Shown: positions 53,232 to 61,772, counted from the stretch's first letter. The stretch: 64,000 nt of DNA from a virus (IMGVR_UViG_3300029305_002995:1-64000), one strand, 5' to 3'. Notes: a model not told the origin generated them from the letters alone. Numbers and translations: made by a program.

Positions 53232-53752
53232 TTAGAAGATTTTTCGATTGTTAAAGCTATATCAATATTGTTAAATGATTATCAATTAACCTCCCGCTAT
53301 TGGACTGAACCTTAGTTTATCAGCTAAACACAAAAAGGAGAAAAATCAAGCGTGTAAAGGTATCTTACTTTACACCGAAAAATCCAACGTAAAGTTTACT
53401 TTACATTTTCAAATATACTAATACAGTATACTTTCTCCCAAAAATCACTTTTTCTCCCTCTCAAAAAACCTCTCAAAAAACCTCCTAAAAAACCGCATAA
53501 CTAAGCGAAAAAACAATATTTTTCCATTTTCAAAAACGCTTAAAAAAAGCCTAAAAATATATGTTTTCTTCTTATATCCCTTATATCCCTTTTTTTCTTC
53601 CTATATCCTCTTCCCTTCTTCCTAATCACATTTCATTATAATTCTATCGTATTCCATTTACTTATATTTTTCCTTCTCCCTCCCTCCTATCCTCCCTTTT
53701 TGTACAAATTGCACAAAATTTCAAAAATCATAAAAAATTGCTCAAAACTCTA

Positions 53753-53781
53753 TTTACATACTGCAATCATTATGTTACAAT
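53753..53781 (+). promoter_or_regulatory. sigmaA promoter, cassette 1
   Basis: TTTACA-17-TACAAT with TG. Confidence 0.7.
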
Positions 53782-53868
53782 AAAATCGTACCAAACAGGT
53801 ACAAACAACAAACATTAAGCAAGTAAACAAAACAACAAACAACACAAATCAAAAAGGAGTACAAAACT

Positions 53869-54762
53869 ATGATGAACACTAACACTACTAACATCAATTC
53901 CATCCTCAACACCAACAAATCCAAAAAGCATGCTTGCGGTCATTGTCAGTGTTGCAACAAAGTCACTGACTTCCTCGCACTTCCAATGAAAGACCGTGGC
54001 GGCAGAAACGCATATCTTTGTGAAGAGTGCACTTCTAAAGTCTTTGACTATTGCGACGAAAACAGCTCTATCTACGGCGTTGAAAAAGTCCATCCATACA
54101 CTTTCAGCATTGAGCTTGAAGTATCAGCACACACCGACACGGCAAGCCTTGAACTTTCCCACATTGATTACTTGCCAACTTCTGACTGCACTGTTGAATG
54201 TGAATTCAAAAGCCCAATTTACAACGGTTTTAACGCTCTTTCCAAACACGCCACCCAAACTATCGCCATGTTATTAGATGACAATGAAATTGAAATGGAC
54301 TGGACTTGTGGAACTCATTTCAACGTTGGCGTAAACGGTAAAATCAATGAATACAGTATAGCATACATCGCAAGATACTATCGTGATTTGTTTATTCCAT
54401 TAAGCAACGCCATGAAAGAGCATCCAATTACTACTGAGCGCATCTATGGCAGAAACTTCTCGACATGGGCTGAACCTTGCAACGCATATACTTATCCTTA
54501 TGAACATTGCAACTTTATTAATATTCAGCATACTACCCACATCGAGCATAGACTCTGCAAGTATGTTACTGGCGAACAATACGCTGAATGTATGAGATAC
54601 TGTCGCAAGCTTACCGAGATTATCATCAACAACTTTGTTGACTACCTTACCGTAGAAATCAAAGATACTAACAGATACCCAGACCGTGAAAGTTATCTGA
54701 AACATAAAGCAGAAGTAACTGCAAAAAAACTTGTAAACGAGTTTTTAAAAAGAGCGAGATAG
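53869..54762 (+). CDS. Putative amidoligase (COOH-NH2 ligase type 2) with N-terminal Zn finger
   Basis: FSIELE, SDCTV.CEFKSP, TCGTHFNVG and IEHR motifs. Confidence 0.75.
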   Translation: MMNTNTTNINSILNTNKSKKHACGHCQCCNKVTDFLALPMKDRGGRNAYLCEECTSKVFDYCDENSSIYGVEKVHPYTFSIELEVSAHTDTASLELSHIDYLPTSDCTVECEFKSPIYNGFNALSKHATQTIAMLLDDNEIEMDWTCGTHFNVGVNGKINEYSIAYIARYYRDLFIPLSNAMKEHPITTERIYGRNFSTWAEPCNAYTYPYEHCNFINIQHTTHIEHRLCKYVTGEQYAECMRYCRKLTEIIINNFVDYLTVEIKDTNRYPDRESYLKHKAEVTAKKLVNEFLKRAR

Positions 54763-54911
54763 TAAGGTTATAAGTTAAAAGGGCGAGAGTAAAATCTCGC
54801 CCGATACCTAAAACAAACATTTTCAAAAATAATCAAAAATTACACAAATTTTCAAAAACATCTTAAAATTTTATCAACTTTCAAAAATCACAAAAAAAAG
54901 GAGATAATACC

Positions 54912-55241
54912 ATGAAAAAAATGACTTTGACTGCATCTGATATGAAAAAAATCCTTCTTAAAAAATTAGCAGATGAAAACACATATTTCACTGAATCTGA
55001 TATTCTCTTTTATCAAACTTCGCCGCAACGATATAAAATTATCATTAAAGACTATGAACATATTGTTTTTATCCTTAATATATTTAATGATGAAGAAGAT
55101 GACGCAGAACTCATTGCAGTATGGCGAAAAGATAAAGACCGCACAAATAAAAATTTGATTATCTTAGAAGAACATCACGAAAACAAAGTTATAGAATCTG
55201 TGTTGAAACAACTTGGATATTATATCGGTACACGCTTTTAA
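54912..55241 (+). CDS. Hypothetical early protein
   Basis: AAGGAG RBS; terminator follows. Confidence 0.7.
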   Translation: MKKMTLTASDMKKILLKKLADENTYFTESDILFYQTSPQRYKIIIKDYEHIVFILNIFNDEEDDAELIAVWRKDKDRTNKNLIILEEHHENKVIESVLKQLGYYIGTRF

Positions 55242-55250
55242 TAGTTTTAT

Positions 55251-55279
55251 AGAGAGTCTGGAAACAGACTCTTTTTTTT
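55251..55279 (+). terminator. Intrinsic terminator (GAGTC stem)
   Basis: agagagtctg-gaaa-cagactctt + T-run. Confidence 0.85.
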
Positions 55280-55619
55280 ATGCTTTTTTCTTTACACAAA
55301 AAAGCTGCATTTTCAAAAACGTTAAGTTTTTGTATTTTTAATGTTTTCAAAAATAGTTGTTTTTGATACTATTTTCAAAAACGCTCAAATATTGTATTGT
55401 TAAAAAATTATCACTTTATCCGAAAATCATAATATAATTACTTAAAAAATCCAAACTGTTACAAAACGACCCTACAATACGATACAATCAATTTTAATCC
55501 TTTTAACCTATAACAATATACACTATACCGCAAAAATGCCTTACAGAAGCTCTCAGACGCTACAAATCAATTTTAATATAATAAGAAAATAAACAGTTAA
55601 ACAAAACAGAAAAATTCTA

Positions 55620-55650
55620 AACTTGCAACTAACTTACAACTAACTTGCAT
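55620..55650. repeat. 11-bp tandem repeat AACTTRCAACT
   Basis: About 2.7 copies. Confidence 0.6.
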
Positions 55651-55719
55651 TTTCAAAAACTAAATTTTATTGCAGAAAATTTTAGAAAATAAATAATCAA
55701 AGAAAATTCAAAAAAACAC

Positions 55720-55748
55720 TTGACAAAACAAATTCAATAAGCTATAAT
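55720..55748 (+). promoter_or_regulatory. sigmaA promoter
   Basis: TTGACA-17-TATAAT. Confidence 0.85.
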
Positions 55749-55804
55749 CTAATCAAACAAGAACATAAACAAAACGACAAACAACAAAACAGGAGGAAAC
55801 AAAA

Positions 55805-56086
55805 ATGAAGAAAAACATAATAAAATATACTTGCATTAACTGCAAATATTTTAATGCGTGCGGAGACGAAGAACGCACAGAACCATGCAAAGGAAAAATC
55901 CCCGCAATAATAAAGTACAAACACCACGCAGAACCAGAAACAATAAAAGAATTAAACCTCGAAGCAGTTTACAGAAACAACTCTTTCGCCTATCGTGGAA
56001 TGAGTTATGAAGAATTTGTAAAACTGGAACTTACCAAAATTCAGAAAGATTTAGAAAATGGCGTTTTGCTTTGGTATGAAGCATAA
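55805..56086 (+). CDS. Hypothetical early protein with Cys cluster
   Basis: AGGAGG RBS; CINC..F..CGD.ERT.PC. Confidence 0.75.
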   Translation: MKKNIIKYTCINCKYFNACGDEERTEPCKGKIPAIIKYKHHAEPETIKELNLEAVYRNNSFAYRGMSYEEFVKLELTKIQKDLENGVLLWYEA

Positions 56087-56108
56087 ACAACTAACAGGAG
56101 GAAAAACC

Positions 56109-56222
56109 ATGAAGCAGAAAATCAGAAATTTCGTAAACTATATTCTTGTAGAATCCGCTTTTGTAGCTGTCAGCTTGTCAATGATTTTTGTTCTTTTGGA
56201 AAGAACTTGTGCAAGATATTAA
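56109..56222 (+). CDS. 37-aa single-TM peptide (not in ORF track)
   Basis: AGGAGG RBS; MKQKIRNFVNYILVESAFVAVSLSMIFVLLERTCARY. Confidence 0.65.
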   Translation: MKQKIRNFVNYILVESAFVAVSLSMIFVLLERTCARY

Positions 56223-56253
56223 AAGAAAGTAAAGTTATAATTTATATATAATT

Positions 56254-56281
56254 AAGGGAGTCGAAAGACTCCCTTTCTTTT
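56254..56281 (+). terminator. Intrinsic terminator (GAGTC stem)
   Basis: aagggagtc-gaaa-gactccctt + T-rich tail. Confidence 0.85.
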
Positions 56282-56578
56282 ATACCCTACACAGAAAAAT
56301 TGTATTTTCAAAAACACTTGATTTTTGATACTATTTTCAAAAACGTTAAGTTTTTGTATTTGTATATTTTTAGATATGGAATTTTTCTGCTTAAACCTTA
56401 AATTTCAAATTTACAACAAAATTGAATTTTTGAAAACTGGAACAACTTGTATCTGGAATTATCTGAACATCTGGAACAATTTTTGACGATATTCAAAAAT
56501 ATTAAATTTTTGATGACGTTTTCAAAAACACTAATCTATTGCAGAAAATAATTATTTTAATAAAATTTAATTCACCTA

Positions 56579-56607
56579 TTGACATAATGCAATCATTACA
56601 CTATAAT
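56579..56607 (+). promoter_or_regulatory. sigmaA promoter
   Basis: TTGACA-17-TATAAT. Confidence 0.85.
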
Positions 56608-56652
56608 ATAATTAAAGACAAAACAAACAACGACCCACAGGAGGAAAAACAA

Positions 56653-56904
56653 ATGGAGAAAATAAACCTTGCTCATGTAGTAGAAAAATTCTTAATGGAG
56701 AAAAAATGCCACTTTGATGATATTTATCAAGGCTTTGCAGATTGCCTTGTATGTATTAAAATTACTGGTGACTGGAAGCATGACCATTTAAGAACTAAAA
56801 TCTTACTCGAAGAAAACTTTAATGTACTTTTACATAAAGAAGATGCAGAACCATCTGAAGAAGATTTTTATACCGCAGTGCATACTTTTATGATTAAAGA
56901 TTGA
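56653..56904 (+). CDS. Hypothetical early protein (83 aa)
   Basis: Start moved to MEKIN after AGGAGG; ITGDWKHDHL motif. Confidence 0.75.
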   Translation: MEKINLAHVVEKFLMEKKCHFDDIYQGFADCLVCIKITGDWKHDHLRTKILLEENFNVLLHKEDAEPSEEDFYTAVHTFMIKD

Positions 56905-56915
56905 GAGGAAGAATA

Positions 56916-57134
56916 ATGATGTTTCCATATAAAAATTACAAAGTGGAATTTTCCTATTATTCCGAAACCAAAAAGAAAAGAATAACGGAGTCAGAATATT
57001 ACGGATGCGAATACAGCGCGCAAAATGCTGTCAATCGTTGTAGAGTTGACTATCAAAATTATAAAGATTTAAGGATTGAATCAGTTTATTTTGAAAATTA
57101 TACTGCATGGGAATTTACAGATGCTTGGGAATAA
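56916..57134 (+). CDS. Hypothetical early protein
   Basis: GAGGAAG RBS; second gene of the cassette. Confidence 0.65.
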   Translation: MMFPYKNYKVEFSYYSETKKKRITESEYYGCEYSAQNAVNRCRVDYQNYKDLRIESVYFENYTAWEFTDAWE

Positions 57135-57143
57135 ATAAAAATC

Positions 57144-57170
57144 AGAGAGTCAGAAATGACTCTCTTTTTT
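57144..57170 (+). terminator. Intrinsic terminator (GAGTC stem)
   Basis: agagagtca-gaaa-tgactctct + T-run. Confidence 0.85.
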
Positions 57171-57474
57171 ATTGCGATTTTACTTTTACAACTAACCAGC
57201 GTTTTCAAAAATTCAAAGAAATTGTAATAATCAAGATAAAACAAATTAAGTCAATTTTTGAAAACACAATACTTTTGTGCGGCTTGTTTCTGTATATATT
57301 TGTTTTTGAACATGGAATTTTTTTATTTTATTACAATTTAACTTAATTTTCAAAAATACTACTTTCCTGTCAACAGCTGTATGATAATAATATGACAACA
57401 AAAAATCAACATTTCTAAAAACATTTTTCTTTTGTCTAAGAAAATAAATATAAAAATAAATTTTCAATAACTAC

Positions 57475-57503
57475 TTGACATAATAATATTATTATGTTAT
57501 AAT
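57475..57503 (+). promoter_or_regulatory. sigmaA promoter
   Basis: TTGACA-17-TATAAT with TG. Confidence 0.9.
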
Positions 57504-57557
57504 CAAATCAGAAAATAAACAACACAACAAACAATATAAAACAAAGGAGTTAAAACT

Positions 57558-58415
57558 ATGACAAAAGAAAAATTCAATATCTATGAAGAAATTACAAACA
57601 GAATTATTAAACAGCTTGAAGCAGGAACTATTCCATGGCACAAACCATGGTCTGGAGTAGCTACTGGAGCATTTAACAGAGTTTCCAAAAAACCTTATAG
57701 CCTGTTGAATCAAATGCTTTTACAGCACGAGGGAGAATATGCTACTTTCAAACAGTGGAGCGCACTTGGCGGCAAAATCAAAAAAGGCGAAAAATCCGAA
57801 ATTGTTGTTTTCTGGAAAATCCTTGAATCTGAAAAAGTAAATGATAAAGGCGAAAAGGAGAAACAGATTATTCCTATGCTTAGATATTATAGCGTTTTTC
57901 ATATCTCACAAATTGAAGGCGTAGAACCTATCTCAAAACCACAGGTACAGCACGAACCAATTAAAGAAGGCGAAGAAATTAAAAACAATTATAAAGCAAG
58001 AGAAAATTTGACTATTAACGAAATCGTGACAAATAGAGCCTTTTACAACCCATCTGGTGACTATATCGAAGTACCATGCAAAGAGCAGTATTCAGATATT
58101 GCAGAATTTTACAGCACATTATTCCATGAGATGACTCACAGCACAGGACACAAAGACAGGTTAAACAGATTAGATAAAACCGCACGCTTTGGGAATAATG
58201 AATATAGTAAAGAGGAACTTGTAGCTGAAATCGGAGCTTGTAGCTTAATCAATATGATTGGCTTGGAATCTCCAAAAACTTTTAATAATAGTGCTTCATA
58301 TATCCAGAGTTGGCTCAAAGTATTGAAAGATGATAGTAAATTCATTGTATCTGCAAGTAGTAAAGCAGAAAAAGCGGTTAAATATATCTTAGGTGAACAG
58401 CTTGTAACAGAATAA
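57558..58415 (+). CDS. ardC: ArdC-like antirestriction protein (ssDNA-binding domain plus zincin-like domain)
   Basis: IPWHKPW, YATFKQW..LGG.IKKGEK, VFHISQ, FHEMTHSTGH and YSKEELVAE motifs. Confidence 0.9.
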   Translation: MTKEKFNIYEEITNRIIKQLEAGTIPWHKPWSGVATGAFNRVSKKPYSLLNQMLLQHEGEYATFKQWSALGGKIKKGEKSEIVVFWKILESEKVNDKGEKEKQIIPMLRYYSVFHISQIEGVEPISKPQVQHEPIKEGEEIKNNYKARENLTINEIVTNRAFYNPSGDYIEVPCKEQYSDIAEFYSTLFHEMTHSTGHKDRLNRLDKTARFGNNEYSKEELVAEIGACSLINMIGLESPKTFNNSASYIQSWLKVLKDDSKFIVSASSKAEKAVKYILGEQLVTE

Positions 58416-58426
58416 AAAAATATACT

Positions 58427-58453
58427 GAGGACTCGAAAGAGTCCTCTTTTTTT
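58427..58453 (+). terminator. Intrinsic terminator (GACTC/GAGTC stem)
   Basis: gaggactc-gaaa-gagtcctc + T-run. Confidence 0.85.
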
Positions 58454-58600
58454 GCTATTACACAAAATCAGTATTTTTAGAAACGATGATTTTTTGCATT
58501 TTTTCTTATCACAAGAAAAGTCAATTTTTGAAAATCCTATCAAATTGCAATATACCATTTTTTGAGAAAATAATTATTTTAATAACTCTTATATTTTGTA

Positions 58601-58629
58601 TTGACTCTTGAAAAACATAGTGCTATAAT
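58601..58629 (+). promoter_or_regulatory. sigmaA promoter
   Basis: TTGACT-17-TATAAT with TG. Confidence 0.85.
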
Positions 58630-58668
58630 ATAGTTAAGGATAAAAAATAAATTATAGGAGGTTTATTT

Positions 58669-58995
58669 ATGAATAACGAGCAGAAAATTATGAGTATACT
58701 TGATTTAATTATGGAACGCCTTGATAAAATAGAAAGTAGATTTGATAATCTGGAAAATAGATTTGATAGATTTGAAATTGACGTAAACAAGCGTTTTAAT
58801 GACCTTGAGTCTAACATGGACAAACAATTTGCAGAGGTTAAACGATGTTTAGCAGATGTCGCAGAAGGAATCAACGCTACTATTTTACATTCAGCACAAG
58901 ATACACAAGTATTAAATAAACGAATTGACGAAATAGAAAAAATTGCAATTATCGCATTAAAAGAAGCAAGCCTCGCAAAATATAGGAATATCTAA
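58669..58995 (+). CDS. Coiled-coil protein with RFD/RLD heptads
   Basis: AGGAGGT RBS; RLDKIES-RFDNLEN-RFDRFE. Confidence 0.75.
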   Translation: MNNEQKIMSILDLIMERLDKIESRFDNLENRFDRFEIDVNKRFNDLESNMDKQFAEVKRCLADVAEGINATILHSAQDTQVLNKRIDEIEKIAIIALKEASLAKYRNI

Positions 58996-59005
58996 AATAC
59001 ACATT

Positions 59006-59035
59006 AAAAAGAGTCTGGAAACAGGCTCTTTTTTT
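59006..59035 (+). terminator. Intrinsic terminator (GAGTC stem)
   Basis: aagagtctg-gaaa-caggctctt + T-run. Confidence 0.85.
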
Positions 59036-59156
59036 ATACGCTTTTTATCTTTACAAGTTATTAAGATTTTTGAAAATGGAATTTTTTCGCTTTCAAAAAT
59101 AGAATGTATTCAAAAACATCTGGAAAATAAATATTAAAATAAATTGGATTTTACTA

Positions 59157-59185
59157 TTGACATACTACAATAGTTATGTTATTAT
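59157..59185 (+). promoter_or_regulatory. sigmaA promoter
   Basis: TTGACA-17-TATTAT with TG. Confidence 0.8.
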
Positions 59186-59241
59186 ATACTCAAACAAGGA
59201 CATAAACAAAACGACAAACAACAAAATAGGAGGAAAACAAA

Positions 59242-59631
59242 ATGAAAATCAATGTAATGACTCTTACCAATGGCGAACTTAAAAAAATTGAAATCGAAAA
59301 CAATTTATCCAGTTTACAGAATCTCGTAGGCGGTTATATTGAAATCCCTTGCTTGTCTGAAAGATTGACCGCTCAAAAAATTATCACCATTATCAATGAA
59401 GAAGGAAAATTTTTAGATTTGACTCCCGAAATTGCTTGTGTTTATGATGGTAAACTCCATGATATAGTTTTTGGTACGGTTATCTTTGCAAGTACAGACT
59501 ATGAAGGAAATACACTGGGACTTAATACAGAACAGATGGAATATATCAAAAATGAACTTAGAAATGATGCTATTGTTCATTTAAGAAACAGAAATAAAAC
59601 GTATATGCTGAAAGTATTACAGTTTGAATAA
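59242..59631 (+). CDS. DUF3846-like protein
   Basis: LQNLVGGYIE, INEEGK and DIVFG motifs. Confidence 0.75.
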   Translation: MKINVMTLTNGELKKIEIENNLSSLQNLVGGYIEIPCLSERLTAQKIITIINEEGKFLDLTPEIACVYDGKLHDIVFGTVIFASTDYEGNTLGLNTEQMEYIKNELRNDAIVHLRNRNKTYMLKVLQFE

Positions 59632-59638
59632 AAAAATT

Positions 59639-59664
59639 AGGGAGTCTTTCGACTCCCTTTTTTT
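59639..59664 (+). terminator. Intrinsic terminator (GAGTC stem)
   Basis: agggagtc-tttc-gactccct + T-run. Confidence 0.85.
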
Positions 59665-59786
59665 ATTTACAATTTTACAGATTATTTGTATTTTTGAAAA
59701 CAGAAACTTTTTGCTTTTATTTTAATTAATATCAAAATAATAGTATTTTTGAAAATAGACATAATTTGTAAATTTCCCTCACCTGC

Positions 59787-59815
59787 TTGACAACGTGACT
59801 TTTAGTTGATATAAT
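59787..59815 (+). promoter_or_regulatory. sigmaA promoter of the candidate sRNA
   Basis: TTGACA-17-TATAAT with TG. Confidence 0.85.
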
Positions 59816-59819
59816 TAAA

Positions 59820-59950
59820 ATACAAAGACAGCATTTAATTCCTTTTGATTTGTGCTAATGTTGTTTGTTGTTGTTATTTTCTTCAAATTAAAAGCTATTT
59901 CTTTTCCTGTTGTCTTTGTATTTGGCGGTGCTTACGGCATCGCCTTTTTT
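59820..59950 (+). ncRNA. Candidate ~130-nt trans-acting antisense sRNA against early-gene leaders
   Basis: Own promoter and terminator, no RBS; 5' and 3' ends pair (TACAAAGACAGCA/TGTTGTCTTTGTA); loop is the reverse complement of the cassette leaders and SD. Confidence 0.75.
59924..59950 (+). terminator. Intrinsic terminator of the sRNA
   Basis: ggcggtgc-ttacg-gcatcgcc + T6. Confidence 0.85.
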
Positions 59951-60287
59951 ATTACAATGTTTTACAAGCCGTCTAAAAGCCTTTATAAAGCGTTTTAATA
60001 CACGTATAGTAACTTAATCAATAAATAATACAAAATAGATTTTAGACATATTACAGAAGCGGAAAAATGATTTTAGACTATATGATATATTCAAATATGA
60101 TAATTAGAATAAAATCCAACTTCAATCAGATTAAAACAAGATAGCAGCGTTTTTGAAAAAGCAAAGAATTTGTATTTTAACAAAAACAAAAAACTTGAAT
60201 TTTTGAAAACACTATTTTATTGCAAATAAGATTAGATAATTAGATGATAAGCAAAGAAATGAATTTTAATTTATTTGATAAAACTAC

Positions 60288-60316
60288 TTGACATATTGCA
60301 TTTAATATGCTATAAT
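60288..60316 (+). promoter_or_regulatory. sigmaA promoter
   Basis: TTGACA-17-TATAAT with TG. Confidence 0.9.
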
Positions 60317-60379
60317 GTAGATGGTAGATAAGCTACTAACAACAAACAAAACATAAAAGCACAAAAGGAGAAATGAATT

Positions 60380-60583
60380 ATGAAAATCAATGTAGGTTAC
60401 AAAAAGAATGAATGGTTAGCTGTATATGTTACTGCTGATGGCGAAAGAGAATTTGCAATTTGCAATACATATGAAGAAGCGGAAAAAGAAATTAACCGTT
60501 TAAGAAATTGTGGTATTTGTATTATTGGAACTATGACAACAAGATTTTATAATCATTATGTAGAGGAAATTATTGATAAATAA
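60380..60583 (+). CDS. Hypothetical early protein
   Basis: Promoter, AAGGAG RBS and terminator. Confidence 0.75.
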   Translation: MKINVGYKKNEWLAVYVTADGEREFAICNTYEEAEKEINRLRNCGICIIGTMTTRFYNHYVEEIIDK

Positions 60584-60594
60584 CAAATCAAATC

Positions 60595-60620
60595 AAGGGA
60601 GTCGAAAGACTCCCTTTCTT
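60595..60620 (+). terminator. Intrinsic terminator (GAGTC stem)
   Basis: Identical to the 56254 hairpin. Confidence 0.85.
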
Positions 60621-60807
60621 ATTTGCGCTACTGGACAATTTATTAGTATTTTTGAAAACGTCACTTCCCTGCTCTAATTTCAGAATAGCAATAAAATTCC
60701 GTTTTTAACAATACAATTTTTTTGCTTGGAACAAAATAATATAATATTTGAAAACACTTTTCTTTTGTCTAAGATAGTAAATATAAAAATAATTTTTATA
60801 AAACTAC

Positions 60808-60836
60808 TTGACATACTTTAATTATTATGCTATACT
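60808..60836 (+). promoter_or_regulatory. sigmaA promoter
   Basis: TTGACA-17-TATACT with TG. Confidence 0.85.
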
Positions 60837-60895
60837 CTAATCATAGAAAATAAACACACAAACAAACCACAAATCAATTAAAAGGAGAAGAAATT

Positions 60896-61564
60896 ATGAT
60901 TAGTAGTGAAAAGATTCTTGAAATGCTGAATAATGGCAACTATGAAGAACTAAAAGAACTTTGTAAACGTGATATGGTGTCTAAAAGCTTAAAAGCAAAT
61001 GGCGGCACAAATGCAAACAAACAGCTTAAAGCGTTTGAAAAATTTTTGAAACTATCACAGAAACAGCCCAAAGAATTAGAACGTATCGTTCATTTTGATA
61101 TGGTAAAAGGCGACGAAGCAAAAGCATTGTGCAAAGAAGGTCTTTCCGCTTTGTTTATTATTCCTTCTTGTCCATTTTATAAAAATATCGAGAGTGTTCC
61201 AATGACTGGACAGGCAAAGCTCGGTAGTATTGCAGATTCAATGAATACAAAATTTGATTTTACTATTGAAAATGCAGTTATTGATTTTGCTATGAAATAC
61301 GCAAAAACAAATACTGCGGACAAACGTTTTAGAAACTTATATCTTCCAAACGGTGCTTTGTTCGACATTGAACTTATCAAAGAAGTTGTAAACGTTCTCG
61401 GAGATTGTGAAGTGTATGGAGTTGATAACGGAAACAGAACTTTAATTAGTCCAATCCTTTTACAATCTAATAATGGATATGCTCTTGTTTGTCCTCGAAA
61501 AAATACAGAGCAGGACAAAGAAAAATGTAAAACCTATGATGATTATAAAAACATGATGGAATAA
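60896..61564 (+). CDS. Hypothetical early protein (222 aa)
   Basis: Promoter, AAGGAG RBS and terminator; ends ISPILL....GYALVCP. Confidence 0.75.
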   Translation: MISSEKILEMLNNGNYEELKELCKRDMVSKSLKANGGTNANKQLKAFEKFLKLSQKQPKELERIVHFDMVKGDEAKALCKEGLSALFIIPSCPFYKNIESVPMTGQAKLGSIADSMNTKFDFTIENAVIDFAMKYAKTNTADKRFRNLYLPNGALFDIELIKEVVNVLGDCEVYGVDNGNRTLISPILLQSNNGYALVCPRKNTEQDKEKCKTYDDYKNMME

Positions 61565-61569
61565 AAAGT

Positions 61570-61597
61570 GGGAGTCTGGTAACAGACTCCCTTATTT
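61570..61597 (+). terminator. Intrinsic terminator (GAGTC stem)
   Basis: gggagtctg-gtaa-cagactccc + T-rich tail. Confidence 0.8.
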
Positions 61598-61670
61598 AAC
61601 ATTAAACAAAATATTAGTGTTTTCAAAAACATTAAGAAAATAATAATTTCGATAAAACAGTAAAAAATAT

Positions 61671-61699
61671 TTGACAAACTGGAAAAATTATGTTATAAT
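61671..61699 (+). promoter_or_regulatory. sigmaA promoter
   Basis: TTGACA-17-TATAAT with TG. Confidence 0.9.
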
Positions 61700-61772
61700 A
61701 CAAATGCAATAAGGAAGTAAACACAACAACAAACTATACTTATTGCAAAATACGAAAGGAGGTACTTGCTTT

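Noticed and set aside
59802-59834. Minus-strand 10-aa ORF (MLSLYFNYIN) behind the inverted leader
   Set aside because: No clear minus-strand promoter, and the promoter and terminator both point plus. It may record the origin of the sRNA from an inverted leader
59858-59998. 46-aa hydrophobic ORF (MLFVVVIFF...) inside the candidate sRNA
   Set aside because: No RBS (upstream is anti-SD sequence), it runs through the terminator, and its hydrophobicity follows from the G/U-rich composition
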